Virus record (IMG/VR): IMGVR_UViG_3300017991_000051 | Span: 1 to 64,000 of that record | Source: a virus | Reading direction: 5' to 3' (one strand) | Length of the DNA stretch: 64,000 nucleotides | In this document: one piece after another, positions 38,581-48,126 of the stretch | How positions within the stretch are numbered: the first letter of the stretch is position 1 | Layout: each line of letters opens with the position of its first letter | Translations under genes and position numbers: made by a program | Notes under the pieces: model-generated | The model's input: only the letters and a program-made list of their open reading frames with translations | Told to the model about the DNA's origin: nothing | The model's database searches: none

Positions 38581-38865
38581 TCATTTTAACCTCCTAATGA
38601 AATTGCCAACAACGCACTGCACGCTATCGGCGTAGGACGCCGAAGCGTGAGTGCAAACGTTCTGCTTTAGGGTTTCCAGCGCCACCAATGCTTCGTCAAT
38701 GTCGCGGATGTTCTCTTGCTCGGCGTCGTCACCGTCAAGGAAGCGTGCCATGTATGCTCTGGCTTTCCACGATTTCCGTGTGTCACGCAGCACCCGCTCG
38801 ATTGTGTGCAAAGCAGAACAATCGGATGGACAACTACCTTCATTCGCCGCGCTTCGCTTTCTCAT
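38581..38865 (-). CDS. cassette ORF, hypothetical
   Basis: starts inside the loop of attC 38813-38892 and runs through attC 38604-38665. Confidence 0.5.
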   Translation of the reverse strand: MRKRSAANEGSCPSDCSALHTIERVLRDTRKSWKARAYMARFLDGDDAEQENIRDIDEALVALETLKQNVCTHASASYADSVQCVVGNFIRRLK

Positions 38866-38898
38866 TTCGGAGTGTCATCCTTTCCGTTAGACAGCAAC

Positions 38899-39144
38899 TC
38901 AGCGTGCAACGCCGCGAAGCTGCATGAACTTCTTTCCGATGCTTTCCACAACGCACTTAGCCTCTGCACCTTCCTCGTTGCGGACGTAGACCGTCTCACC
39001 GTTGCGGAAGATCGGCCACAACCTCTCATCTTGTAGGCTGTTGCGCTTCGGGCCTTCCATGCGGTCGAGGATCTCATCCCTCATGGACTTCAGGGTGGCC
39101 ACATCTTCCGCCGTCTCAAACGTTCCTGTATCTGGTCTTTGCAT
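38899..39144 (-). CDS. cassette ORF, hypothetical
   Basis: GAAAGGA SD; fills the cassette. Confidence 0.55.
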   Translation of the reverse strand: MQRPDTGTFETAEDVATLKSMRDEILDRMEGPKRNSLQDERLWPIFRNGETVYVRNEEGAEAKCVVESIGKKFMQLRGVAR

Positions 39145-39214
39145 GTCTGTCCTTTCTGTTGCTGTCTAACAACTCACTTGAACCGACGCCTAAAGGCGCG
39201 GCTCACTTCGGGCG

Positions 39215-39469
39215 TTAGATTGCCCTTGTGTTCCAGTTGTCCAACGCCTTTTCAAGCGTTTCTCCTGTTGTCTGCGGAGTCACAGGGCATTCCTCGTTGT
39301 CACAGCCCACAAAGTGTTTGGTCGGTGCGCCTCCGTGCCACGGCTCAATGTCTGGCAACATGCCGCAGAATGGGCAATCTAACAAAGCACTGGACTGTAC
39401 TTCTGAAAGCCGCACGTCCGACTTGCCTGAGTGTGATTCAAACACATAGCATCCATTCTCATTTATCAT
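39215..39469 (-). CDS. cassette ORF, Lar-like (restriction alleviation) Zn-finger protein
   Basis: CPFCG...VGC.N.EC...ALDNWNTR. Confidence 0.7.
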   Translation of the reverse strand: MINENGCYVFESHSGKSDVRLSEVQSSALLDCPFCGMLPDIEPWHGGAPTKHFVGCDNEECPVTPQTTGETLEKALDNWNTRAI

Positions 39470-39522
39470 CGTTGTTCCTTTCCCCGGCTTTCAGAAGCCA
39501 GTCAGTTTATGCGTTGGGTTGC

Positions 39523-39714
39523 TCAGTCCTGTCCCTGTCCATGTGACGGCCCCTGTACGAGCCGGTACATCTCCGGCGGAAGGCTGAAGTTTAGAAACTG
39601 ATCGCAGTCCTTCCAACCGTCTTCCCTCAACGCTTGCAGTTTGGTATCCGTCATTCCCCATGCAATCATCAGCTTGCCCATTTCGACTGCCTGTTCTCTT
39701 GTGTAGCCTTTCAT
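39523..39714 (-). CDS. cassette ORF, hypothetical phage protein
   Basis: AGGAG SD; fills the cassette. Confidence 0.5.
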   Translation of the reverse strand: MKGYTREQAVEMGKLMIAWGMTDTKLQALREDGWKDCDQFLNFSLPPEMYRLVQGPSHGQGQD

Positions 39715-39788
39715 CGTCCTTCTCCTTTCGTTCGCAACCCAACAACCCCGTGCACCCGACTCGCTAAGGCTCGCGGGTAACGGCGGCG

Positions 39789-40043
39789 TTAGATTTCCAG
39801 CCTTAGCAACTCAACAACTTTACGGTCCTGTTCGTTTCCTGTCTCAATCGTCAAACGGCCTTCCTCGAACGCCCTTCGCACGAATGGTCCCAACAAGCCG
39901 ACTTGATCCCCGTACACTTTCATCTTGTCATAGATGTAACCGATACTGTTGCCCATGTAGGTCTGGTTTGCCAACGAATGTTGTAGGTGCTCGATTTCAT
40001 CCTTCAACTCATTCAGATCGTCCAACTCAACCTCAACCTTCAT
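39789..40043 (-). CDS. cassette ORF, hypothetical
   Basis: AGGAGG SD; stop TAA overlaps the R' box GTTAGAT. Confidence 0.55.
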   Translation of the reverse strand: MKVEVELDDLNELKDEIEHLQHSLANQTYMGNSIGYIYDKMKVYGDQVGLLGPFVRRAFEEGRLTIETGNEQDRKVVELLRLEI

Positions 40044-41424
40044 ACCTGCCTCCTTTTGCGGCTGGAAATCTAACAACTGCGTGGACGTTATCGGCTACCC
40101 GCCGAAACGTCACGCGACGCGTTGGACATATTGACTGCCGCGTGCGCAACGGGCTTGCCGCAGATCACGCATTTCCCGGCGCTGTCCGGCCTGACTTTGT
40201 GCTTGCCGCCCATGTAGCAAGCGCCATAATACAACCCGCACCACTTACGATGCTTGGCCCAGTCGAACACCATGAGTCCGCATCTCGGGCACTTGTCACA
40301 CGTCACGTTGGTTCTCCTTCCTGCCCAACAACTCACTTGAACCGACGCCTATCGGGCGTATCATCCTCGCCTCGCTTTCTCGCACCGCTTGCACAGGCGA
40401 CGGTTCGGTGGGGGGTGGGTGGTTTCGTGCCAGCCAGCCCATTCGTGCCAAACAGTTAAGCAGTTGGTTATCCCCCAATGCTCGCGCTCGGTGACGTGAA
40501 ACCTGTGGCGGATTACATGGTACACCCTGCCTCGGGCGGTGTGGGCGTAGCGGGGGGTCATAATGCACCATCCTCGTCGGGCCGCTGGTGGTCGCTGGCA
40601 AGACGCCCCAAGCGCACCCGCACGTCGGGGTGCAGAAGGTTGTTGCCATCCAGCCAACACTCAAACTCATGTAGGATGCCGTTGACGCCAACAGTCACGA
40701 GGCACTCCTGAATGTTCTCTACGCGCTGGTCTAGGAATGTTCCGAATAATGATGGTCCCATTTTGCCCTCCTTTGTCGTGCCTTCCTCATATCGCCTTCC
40801 GGCAAATCTGCTCGCCACGGGGTCCAATATCCTGTTATCAGGCAAAATCGCCTGTCAATCAGTGGTTGGGCGTATCACTTTCACCGCCTCCCACGAAATG
40901 CGGAATGGTACACCCCGCAAACATCGCCGCCTTTTGCAGAAAGTCCTGCCGACCCTCGGCGGTGTCATCGGGAGGCCACACAAACTTCTCGATGATTTCC
41001 TTGGCCCGCGTCAGTTCCTCGTTCAACTCCGTGATCTTGATCGCTCGTCTGTCTGCCTTGTTCATCGGTCCTCCTCGCCCAACCAAGGGCTGCAATCTAC
41101 CTCGCTATTCGCTCGGAGCTTGAGCCCCGGCGTTCTGCGCCATTCGTTTCTTGGCCTCATTCTCAAGCTCAAGCCGTCGTATTTCATTTTCAACCTTCAT
41201 TTCCCAATCAAGCTCTTGCAGATTGTGGGCCTTAATCCATGAATCTACTCGCCGCTTCTTGATCCACTCCGTATAGCGCAGAACAAGGCGCTGGACACTA
41301 CGGCTTGCCCGCAGTTTCCAAACCCGACCCATTCTGCACAGCCATTGCCACAGATTCTCGTGCATCACGCCTCCTTGTTGTCGGCAAGCCGAGTGTCAGC
41401 TTGCACGTTGGAGTAACCAAAACA

Positions 41425-41667
41425 ATGAATAATGAAAATACCTTATGGGAGCAACTTGATGATGCTCTGAAGCGTATCGAGCAACTTGAGCACCAAGTAG
41501 CTACGATCCGGAGGAAGACTAGCGCGAGCATCAATGGGTACGCCCGCGTTCTCCACAAGATCGCCGCCCACTTGGGTCTCAGCCGGTGTTTCACATTTTG
41601 CAGCACGATCGATGTCGGCGATGCTGACAGAGTCGTTATGCGGCATATTACACCTCCTTTAGATTAA
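41425..41667 (+). CDS. cassette ORF, coiled-coil (paralog of 42898-43143)
   Basis: GGAG SD from the attC end; MNNENTLWEQLDDALKRIEQLEHQV. Confidence 0.55.
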   Translation: MNNENTLWEQLDDALKRIEQLEHQVATIRRKTSASINGYARVLHKIAAHLGLSRCFTFCSTIDVGDADRVVMRHITPPLD

Positions 41668-41736
41668 AAAACTCCAACAAGGAGCTGAAGGCGACGCGGT
41701 TGCCCGCGCGCCTTAGCTCAACCGTTGGAAACCGAT

Positions 41737-41964
41737 ATGAAAAAACAAAACACAAAAGCATTGCTCGACCGCCTAGACGAACTTATCGATCAGTTGCCAA
41801 CCGATGAACAACGCCAGTTCCATGTTCACGCGCTGTGGAATTTGTTGTCTCTGCATGCCATTGCTGATGTGCAACGTAAACTTGCTCTAATGTCAGGCTT
41901 GTTCGGTCTCCTTGGCGTGCTTCTCGGCGCGGCTCTAACATACATAATACAACGGTACAAATGA
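41737..41964 (+). CDS. cassette ORF, small membrane protein
   Basis: C-terminal TM segment LMSGLFGLLGVLLGAALTYII. Confidence 0.55.
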   Translation: MKKQNTKALLDRLDELIDQLPTDEQRQFHVHALWNLLSLHAIADVQRKLALMSGLFGLLGVLLGAALTYIIQRYK

Positions 41965-42097
41965 CCAAGCCGGTAACAATACCAATACAGCCACCGATAA
42001 TTCCATGGGATATCATAAACACCTCCTCTAATTGTTTCCAACAAGGAGCTGAAGGCGACGCGGTAGATCGCGCGCCTTAGCTCAACCGTTGTGAAAT

Positions 42098-42316
42098 ATG
42101 ATTATTCAAGTACCTAACTCATTACGTCGTCGGTTTGTTGCGGGCTGCCGAACGCTCGGGCTCGATCCGAGTCTAAGCGTTGATCTATCGAAAGATCAGT
42201 TGCCCGAGTATCATGTACAGACAGAGACCCCGGAACAGCGGGCGGGTTTGCATCGTCTCTGCGCAGCCTTATCGCTCTCGCAAGAACAACTGCCGCCGCA
42301 TGCCGAAGAGACGTGA
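42098..42316 (+). CDS. cassette ORF, hypothetical
   Basis: ATG immediately after attC. Confidence 0.45.
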   Translation: MIIQVPNSLRRRFVAGCRTLGLDPSLSVDLSKDQLPEYHVQTETPEQRAGLHRLCAALSLSQEQLPPHAEET

Positions 42317-42554
42317 GTAGAAATATGTCGTCAGGTTCAACGTATTTGCGAAGCTCGGGTTTTATCTCAAGCACACCCATGTCAAAATATGCGTACTCTC
42401 CGTCTTTGTTTATCAATGAGCCCGGTACTCTATCGTTCAAAAATTCCAATATATCGATCATGTATACCTCCATTCACAACAAACGGCTGGAGCTTACCGG
42501 CTAAGGCGCCGGAAGCTCAGCCGCATCGTTGGACTTAAGATAGGAACACAGTTC

Positions 42555-42815
42555 ATGAACGAAGTTATTCAACAGATCAAGGAGCACTTCGCCGCTGGGG
42601 CCTCCTCCGTGACTCTCGTCTACTCCGACCGCACTGTGTTCATACACGCTCTTCCGCGGAATCCGAGTCCGGAGCAGACCTACGCCTATCGCGCGTTCTG
42701 TTCTCGAATCGAAAAAGATCTCGATACTCTCCATGTTATTGACGTCCGGCAAGGAGTTTGGCTCCGCCAGTACGACACCGTTTCCGGAAAATTCAGTCTT
42801 GTCCGCCATGATTAA
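42555..42815 (+). CDS. cassette ORF, hypothetical
   Basis: AGGA SD; fills the cassette. Confidence 0.5.
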   Translation: MNEVIQQIKEHFAAGASSVTLVYSDRTVFIHALPRNPSPEQTYAYRAFCSRIEKDLDTLHVIDVRQGVWLRQYDTVSGKFSLVRHD

Positions 42816-42897
42816 AACCTCCTGATTGTCCAACAAGGAGCTGAAGGCGACGCGGTAAACCGCGCGCCTTAGCTCAACCGTTGGAGTAACCAAAACA

Positions 42898-43143
42898 ATG
42901 AATAATGAAAATACCTTATGGGAGCAACTTGATGATGCTCTGAAGCGTATCGAGCAGCTTGAGCACCAGGTTGAAACGATCCGAAGAGAGACCAATACGG
43001 TCATTAACGGATACGCCCGCGTGCTCCACCACATCACCACCCTTCTTAAAATCAGGGATGACGTTGTGCTTTGCGACACTACCGACGTCGGTAGTGAGAA
43101 CGTGATCATGCGTCGTGCCCATAATAAACCTCCACTAGATTAA
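42898..43143 (+). CDS. cassette ORF, coiled-coil (paralog of 41425-41667)
   Basis: fills the cassette; first 25 aa identical to the paralog. Confidence 0.55.
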   Translation: MNNENTLWEQLDDALKRIEQLEHQVETIRRETNTVINGYARVLHHITTLLKIRDDVVLCDTTDVGSENVIMRRAHNKPPLD

Positions 43144-43225
43144 AGAAGACTCCAACAAGGAGCTGAAGGCGACGCGGTAGACCGCGCGCCTTAGCTCAAC
43201 CGTTCGCAAATAGAAAGGAAACGTA

Positions 43226-43480
43226 ATGACTCCAGACCAGCAAGCCGATCTTGAAGGACGTCTCCTCATGCTGGAAGCGCTCGTTCAGATGTTTCTGGTG
43301 GAACATCTTCGCCGAGCGCCTGATATCGTATCGGATGCGGGAGCGCTGACCACCGACTGCCTGAAGTCGTTTGCTTCTGCGCCCCCTCCAGTTTCTGAGC
43401 GAGCTGCCGCAAGATTGCGGCAACTGCTTGACGCAAGTATCGCATGCGCATCTGTACTTCCTCCTTTTCCTTTGTATTGA
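43226..43480 (+). CDS. cassette ORF, helical hypothetical
   Basis: GAAAGGA SD; stop just before the next attC. Confidence 0.55.
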   Translation: MTPDQQADLEGRLLMLEALVQMFLVEHLRRAPDIVSDAGALTTDCLKSFASAPPPVSERAAARLRQLLDASIACASVLPPFPLY

Positions 43481-43544
43481 TGTTGCGAACAAGGAGCTGA
43501 AGGCGACGCGGTTGCCCGCGCGCCTTAGCTCAACCGTTGGCATT

Positions 43545-43778
43545 ATGATTGTAGATCTATCCAATCTTCCTCAATCCACGCTTGTCGCGCTAACGCAAGC
43601 CAGTCGCGAGTGCGGATTGACCGTTTCGAGTTCAGCTCCGGTATCTCCACTGGGCCCGACCAGCCTACGGATATATCTTGATCGGACTGAACTTCCGATG
43701 TTACAGCAGCTTTGCGCCGCACAAGGCGTTCGGCTAAATCCTTGGCCACATCTGCCAGACGCTTTGCAAGCCACTTAG
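43545..43778 (+). CDS. cassette ORF, hypothetical
   Basis: ATG 3 nt after attC. Confidence 0.4.
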   Translation: MIVDLSNLPQSTLVALTQASRECGLTVSSSAPVSPLGPTSLRIYLDRTELPMLQQLCAAQGVRLNPWPHLPDALQAT

Positions 43779-44134
43779 TATCCTCAAGCTCCAACGGCTG
43801 ATACGCCGCACGGACCGCCATCGCCCCAAAAACGATGCAGCGGTCATCAACAACTACGTCGATTAGCGGATGAAGAACATCTGTAACCTCTATCATGATA
43901 TTGACTCCTTACATGCCAACAATCGGCTGGAGCTTACCGGCTATGGCGCCGGAAGCTCAGCCGCAACGTTACGCAGGCCAACACTTGAACCCAGCAGGAA
44001 GGCGCCGTACGCCTTCCCACTCTCGGGCCCACTTCCTCGCGCCCGCCTCGTCAACGGGCTCCTCGAACTCGACAGGCCCCAGCGCATACGCGTCACGGGG
44101 AAACTTTACATACCATCTCTTCGCTATCATGACC

Positions 44135-44842
44135 TTACCTCACTACAAATCCTGTTGTGTCCCTTCGTGCATCCCCCTTCGCGCTCAATCCCACCACCGC
44201 CGGCGATGGATCGAGAAAGCGTAGATCACTGTCGTCACCCGTGAGTACGGGGTAACCCCAGTGGGTTTGCGGAATCTTCTCGAATATGACTGCTACGTTG
44301 TGCCCGGCCGCGAGGGTGCGCTTGCACGCCGCCTCGTTACATATGCCCCGACTGAGCAACAGGTAGTAGTTAGGACGCTTCACCGTCCGCACCCGCCTCG
44401 ATGAACGGGTGTAGTCGTAGAACTGGACCGATGGAAACCGCGCCATGATATTGCCGAACTCCGGCGAATACCACGGGATATCGCTCGTGCCATTCAGACG
44501 CACGGCCGGGCCCATACCCTGCCGGTACGCTTTCCTGACGAGCGCAGCGATATCGTCGCACAGCTGATCGATGAATCCCCCACGATCATCGAACAACCAG
44601 CGCGTCTTCCTGATCCTCGATTCCTTTACGCTATCAAACTGTCCTCGACCTGCCGTGTACAGGCAAGCCCTGCGACAGCCTCTGTCCGCGAATGGGCAGA
44701 CGTTATACTTTCGTCCTGCGTTTGTTGCCGACGCTAAGTGAAGAATTCCCGTGAGCCACCCCTTCTTCTCACCCTTCCGGGTCTTAGCGTTCGACGTCGT
44801 CAGTAATCTCATTGTGTGTCCCAATTTTGTATTACGATACAA
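44135..44842 (-). CDS. phage Gp88-like protein
   Basis: VCP.A..GC..ACL..AGRG, VRLNGTSDI, QFYDYT, GDDSDLRFLD. Confidence 0.75.
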   Translation of the reverse strand: MYRNTKLGHTMRLLTTSNAKTRKGEKKGWLTGILHLASATNAGRKYNVCPFADRGCRRACLYTAGRGQFDSVKESRIRKTRWLFDDRGGFIDQLCDDIAALVRKAYRQGMGPAVRLNGTSDIPWYSPEFGNIMARFPSVQFYDYTRSSRRVRTVKRPNYYLLLSRGICNEAACKRTLAAGHNVAVIFEKIPQTHWGYPVLTGDDSDLRFLDPSPAVVGLSAKGDARRDTTGFVVR

Positions 44843-44850
44843 ACTCTTTA

Positions 44851-45099
44851 TCAGAGTAAACCTAGTTCATCGACCAGCTCACCGAACGTGGGAGCCGGCT
44901 CGTCCAACGCTTCTTCGACGGCTTCCTTGCCGCCCTCTATCTGCTCCGGAGCATAAACGTCCCATGTCTCCACGTGGACGCCTCCCATCTCCGTTCGTTC
45001 TTTGCGGCAGAATACGCGACCGTCCGCCGTCCATCTCAGGGGCGTCACGGACACATTACCTTTCGCAAGCGTCACCTTCGGATCGTCGTCAGTGTACAT
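44851..45099 (-). CDS. hypothetical protein
   Basis: 82-aa ORF. Confidence 0.5.
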   Translation of the reverse strand: MYTDDDPKVTLAKGNVSVTPLRWTADGRVFCRKERTEMGGVHVETWDVYAPEQIEGGKEAVEEALDEPAPTFGELVDELGLL

Positions 45100-45174
45100 T
45101 ACGCGCCCCCATAAAGAAAACGCCCAGCGAGTCCCCCCGCTGGGCGTCGTTAACTGCTATCATGGTCGCGGCTA

Positions 45175-45939
45175 CTACCGCTTCTTGCCCTTCTTGGGCT
45201 TCGGCGGTTTGACAACCTCCGCTACGCGCTCGAACGCTTCCTTCGCAAGGTCCCGCTGCGTGTTCCACGTGCCGACGAGAGACTCGAACGCGCTGTTACC
45301 GGCGTCGAAATGCTCGTACGCCCGCTTCATCCGGTCCGGATCATCGCCGTAGCAGATGGTCTCAACATACCTGCCGATGGCCTTCAGCTTCTGCTCGAAC
45401 AGCAGAATAAGGTTCTCCGAGTTCTTCACCACGCGGACGGCCTGCGACATGTTCTTCGCATCCTGATCCACCTCCGCGGGCTTCCCGGATCCCAGCCGCT
45501 TGGCCAACGCGTCCTTGACATCGAACGCCGCCGGCTTCTGCATGCTCTTGACCGCCTCCTCGAGGATGGCATTGCGCACCTCGGGCGTGACGTTCTTGCT
45601 GCATAGCAACAGCGCCTTACGAAGCGACAGCGTCGCCTCCTGCGCCATCTGCAGCTGCTTCTCCGTGAAGTTCTTCTTGATCGACTGCGCGTCGTACAGG
45701 GATTCCTTACCGAGCCGGATCTTGCCGGCCTCGAACAGGTCCTGCGAGAACTTCTCCACGCTCTGCTTGCCGTACTTGTCGTGCTGGGACGTCAGCTCCT
45801 CGACCTTCGCACCCAGGTTCCAATAGAACTCGAGCGACCGGCTGTAGAACTGGCGGGCCATTACCACCGTCTCACCAACCAACTGTTTGTAGTTGACCGA
45901 CGGAGACTGATTCCTTCTCTTCGCTACTGCTTTACTCAT
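45175..45939 (-). CDS. hypothetical protein (N-terminus DUF1016-like)
   Basis: YWNLG...YGKQSVEKFSQDL. Confidence 0.55.
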   Translation of the reverse strand: MSKAVAKRRNQSPSVNYKQLVGETVVMARQFYSRSLEFYWNLGAKVEELTSQHDKYGKQSVEKFSQDLFEAGKIRLGKESLYDAQSIKKNFTEKQLQMAQEATLSLRKALLLCSKNVTPEVRNAILEEAVKSMQKPAAFDVKDALAKRLGSGKPAEVDQDAKNMSQAVRVVKNSENLILLFEQKLKAIGRYVETICYGDDPDRMKRAYEHFDAGNSAFESLVGTWNTQRDLAKEAFERVAEVVKPPKPKKGKKR

Positions 45940-45952
45940 GTGTTCCTCTCCT

Positions 45953-46408
45953 CTAGTCCAACGGCCGCGCCTGCAACACGTGATTTTTACGTGTGCGCAT
46001 GTCGCGGAACAAGCCGCCGAATACGTTGACCATCTTGATTCTCGCCTCAATGTTGAGCAGGCTATGTGCCGTACGTCGCGATTCCAGCGACATGCCGGAG
46101 GCGTCAGCTTCCATCAGGATGCGCCGTTCCTCCGGGCTGAGTCCGTCCTGCAAGACGTTCTCGATGTCCTTCGAGCACATCACGCCCAATACCGTCTTGA
46201 GATTCATCACCAACCGAATGACGGGTGATGCGTTAGCCAATTTCTTGAATAGCCCATACGTGGGCTGTGAAAGCCGCCGTTCCAACACCTCCGCCAACAA
46301 TCTCTCCAGACGGGGTGCAGTGGTCGCAATCTGTTCCAACCGCTCTATCGGCTGTTGCATACCCAGGTCGGGCTTAGGCTTGGAAAAACCTTTACCTTTG
46401 CTGCCCAT
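45953..46408 (-). CDS. hypothetical protein
   Basis: AGGAGG SD. Confidence 0.6.
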   Translation of the reverse strand: MGSKGKGFSKPKPDLGMQQPIERLEQIATTAPRLERLLAEVLERRLSQPTYGLFKKLANASPVIRLVMNLKTVLGVMCSKDIENVLQDGLSPEERRILMEADASGMSLESRRTAHSLLNIEARIKMVNVFGGLFRDMRTRKNHVLQARPLD

Positions 46409-46934
46409 AACATACCTCCTTGCTCAGCCTCCAATCGAATGCACGCTTCAGCATCGCAACGAACCCGGTTAGCGGGTCTACTACGTACTCGTCTCCCGGC
46501 AACTCCACGCGCCAGTACGGCTCCTCCTTACACAGGTATGCTTCCGTACAGTTGTGGATTACCATCTCCGGCATACCGTCGCCAACGCTGGCGAAGATAA
46601 CGCCGACCAGTCCGTCGGGATAGCTGTCTCGCGCCTCCTCCATCTCGGTGTAGATCCGGCTCTTCTCCGGTTTCTTCATCAGCGCCGTGAACGGAACCTT
46701 CTTCGCGGACTTGTACGATGCGAGCCGAACCGGAAAGTTCGGGCAAGCTTGCACGAACCACGCGAGTCCGAACTCGTCACCAACGAGCTTCTGCAGTCGG
46801 GACGCAAGTCCCGCTTCCTCCTCCAGGCCGCGGAGCAGTATGAGCAGAGCCTTCTGATCAAACCGCTCCTGCTTCTGCCTGAAGTCGCTCTTCTTCTGCA
46901 GGCCGAGGAATGTCTCCATCTCCGGATCATGCAT
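46392..46934 (-). CDS. hypothetical protein
   Basis: 180-aa ORF overlapping the RecA-like stop. Confidence 0.6.
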   Translation of the reverse strand: MHDPEMETFLGLQKKSDFRQKQERFDQKALLILLRGLEEEAGLASRLQKLVGDEFGLAWFVQACPNFPVRLASYKSAKKVPFTALMKKPEKSRIYTEMEEARDSYPDGLVGVIFASVGDGMPEMVIHNCTEAYLCKEEPYWRVELPGDEYVVDPLTGFVAMLKRAFDWRLSKEVCYGQQR

Positions 46935-48126
46935 CCTTAGTCGGCTCCATAGTCCCGTTGAATACGGGGTGTTGCTGGATGTGCAGTGCGTCCTCTATCG
47001 CCGGACGCAGCTCGTGCCCCTCAATAAGCTCGCCGAATTCGGCGGCCTTGAGCGGACTATCCTTCTTGATGCCCAGCGTATCGGACCAGAACACGGCACC
47101 GACAACCTGCTTCTGCGTCGTGTTGATGTCGAGGATATCCGTCAGGTATCGCGCGTTGGCGGACAGTACCATCGCCGTCGCCGACGACCAGTCCCACCAC
47201 GATATCTGCTTGTTGTCCTCGAACTTCCAGCAGAACGTCACCGGCAGCTTCTTCTCTACGTCCGAGCCCATCGATGACTTACGAACGCTCAACGTCAAGC
47301 TCTTCGCTTGCAGGGAAGTTCTACTGTACGTCACTGACTTACCCATGGCGGTTACGCCGCCCTTCTTGAACTGGATATCCAGTGTCGCGTAGAAGTCGGG
47401 CGCCTTACCGCCAGCGCGACCCATCCCCTGGCCGCCTATCTTCGGCTTCTCGTGATGCGACATATGCAACGTGATCGGCCAGCCCAGCAGGGTGTTGGGA
47501 AACGACTTCATGAACTGGCTGATGAGGATTGGTGCGTCTGAAAAAGTCCTTCCTTCCGCTTCCCCCTCCGACCTGATGTGCTCCAAACCTTCGGCGCTGC
47601 CGGATCCCAGCATGGAATCGACGGCCCAGAAGATCGGAAACGACGGCTTCTTCCCCATCTTGTCCACCAGTTCGTTCAGTTTCTCATACTGCTTGTTCAG
47701 CAGCCGTTGCCACTCGTTGATCGTCGTCGCGTTCAGAATGAGCAGCCGGCGATGCTTCGGATCGTTCTCGTCGAAAAACTCCGGCGGGATGATCGATCGC
47801 ATCAGCGATCCACTCGTCTTGTACTCGGTATCGATCAGGCAGGCGAAGCCGCCAGCCTCCAGATACCACGAGATCAGCTCGAAAATGAAACTGGACTTCT
47901 GCGTTCCAAACGCGCCCCCCGATTGCGTCACGCGCGCAAGCGGCCAGCCGTTCGACTCGATAAGCCACCGCAGTGCCAGTGGTTTGATCGGCAGTACCAC
48001 CTGCCGTTTTTCGTGTTCCGCTGCCACGTAGCAGCGCTCCGTACCGAACTCGCTCTCCGCCACGGCCAGCGCCGCGTCCACGAAGTCGTCGATATCCAAT
48101 GCTACTTTTTTCTTGGCTGCTGCCAT
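46927..48126 (-). CDS. RecA/UvsX-like recombinase
   Basis: GWPLARV, divergent Walker A GAFGTQKS, LIDTE, Walker B WAVDS, GGKAPDFYA. Confidence 0.8.
   Translation of the reverse strand: MAAAKKKVALDIDDFVDAALAVAESEFGTERCYVAAEHEKRQVVLPIKPLALRWLIESNGWPLARVTQSGGAFGTQKSSFIFELISWYLEAGGFACLIDTEYKTSGSLMRSIIPPEFFDENDPKHRRLLILNATTINEWQRLLNKQYEKLNELVDKMGKKPSFPIFWAVDSMLGSGSAEGLEHIRSEGEAEGRTFSDAPILISQFMKSFPNTLLGWPITLHMSHHEKPKIGGQGMGRAGGKAPDFYATLDIQFKKGGVTAMGKSVTYSRTSLQAKSLTLSVRKSSMGSDVEKKLPVTFCWKFEDNKQISWWDWSSATAMVLSANARYLTDILDINTTQKQVVGAVFWSDTLGIKKDSPLKAAEFGELIEGHELRPAIEDALHIQQHPVFNGTMEPTKDA

Larger units (their letters stand above)
37093..43974 (+). mobile_element. integron-type gene-cassette array (CALIN-like): about 21 attC-like sites, about 20 cassettes, no integrase in the window
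   Basis: sites 37093-37151, 37561-37619, 37929-37987, 38146-38249, 38604-38665, 38813-38892, 39164-39220, 39377-39519, 39737-39794, 40068-40127, ~40323-40410 (degenerate), ~40741-40871 (degenerate), 41077-41138, 41278-41413, 41672-41730, 42036-42094, 42474-42534, 42828-42886, 43150-43208, 43484-43542, 43914-43974; each is an NNNNAAC...GTTNNNN imperfect palindrome with bulged bases; the R' heptamer of each site is complementary to the R'' of the next. Confidence 0.9.

Noticed and set aside
37093-43974. REP/BIME repeats, terminators or CRISPR repeats
   Set aside because: AAC/GTT boxes, bulged stems and cross-site heptamer complementarity fit attC sites; gene-sized intervals exclude CRISPR
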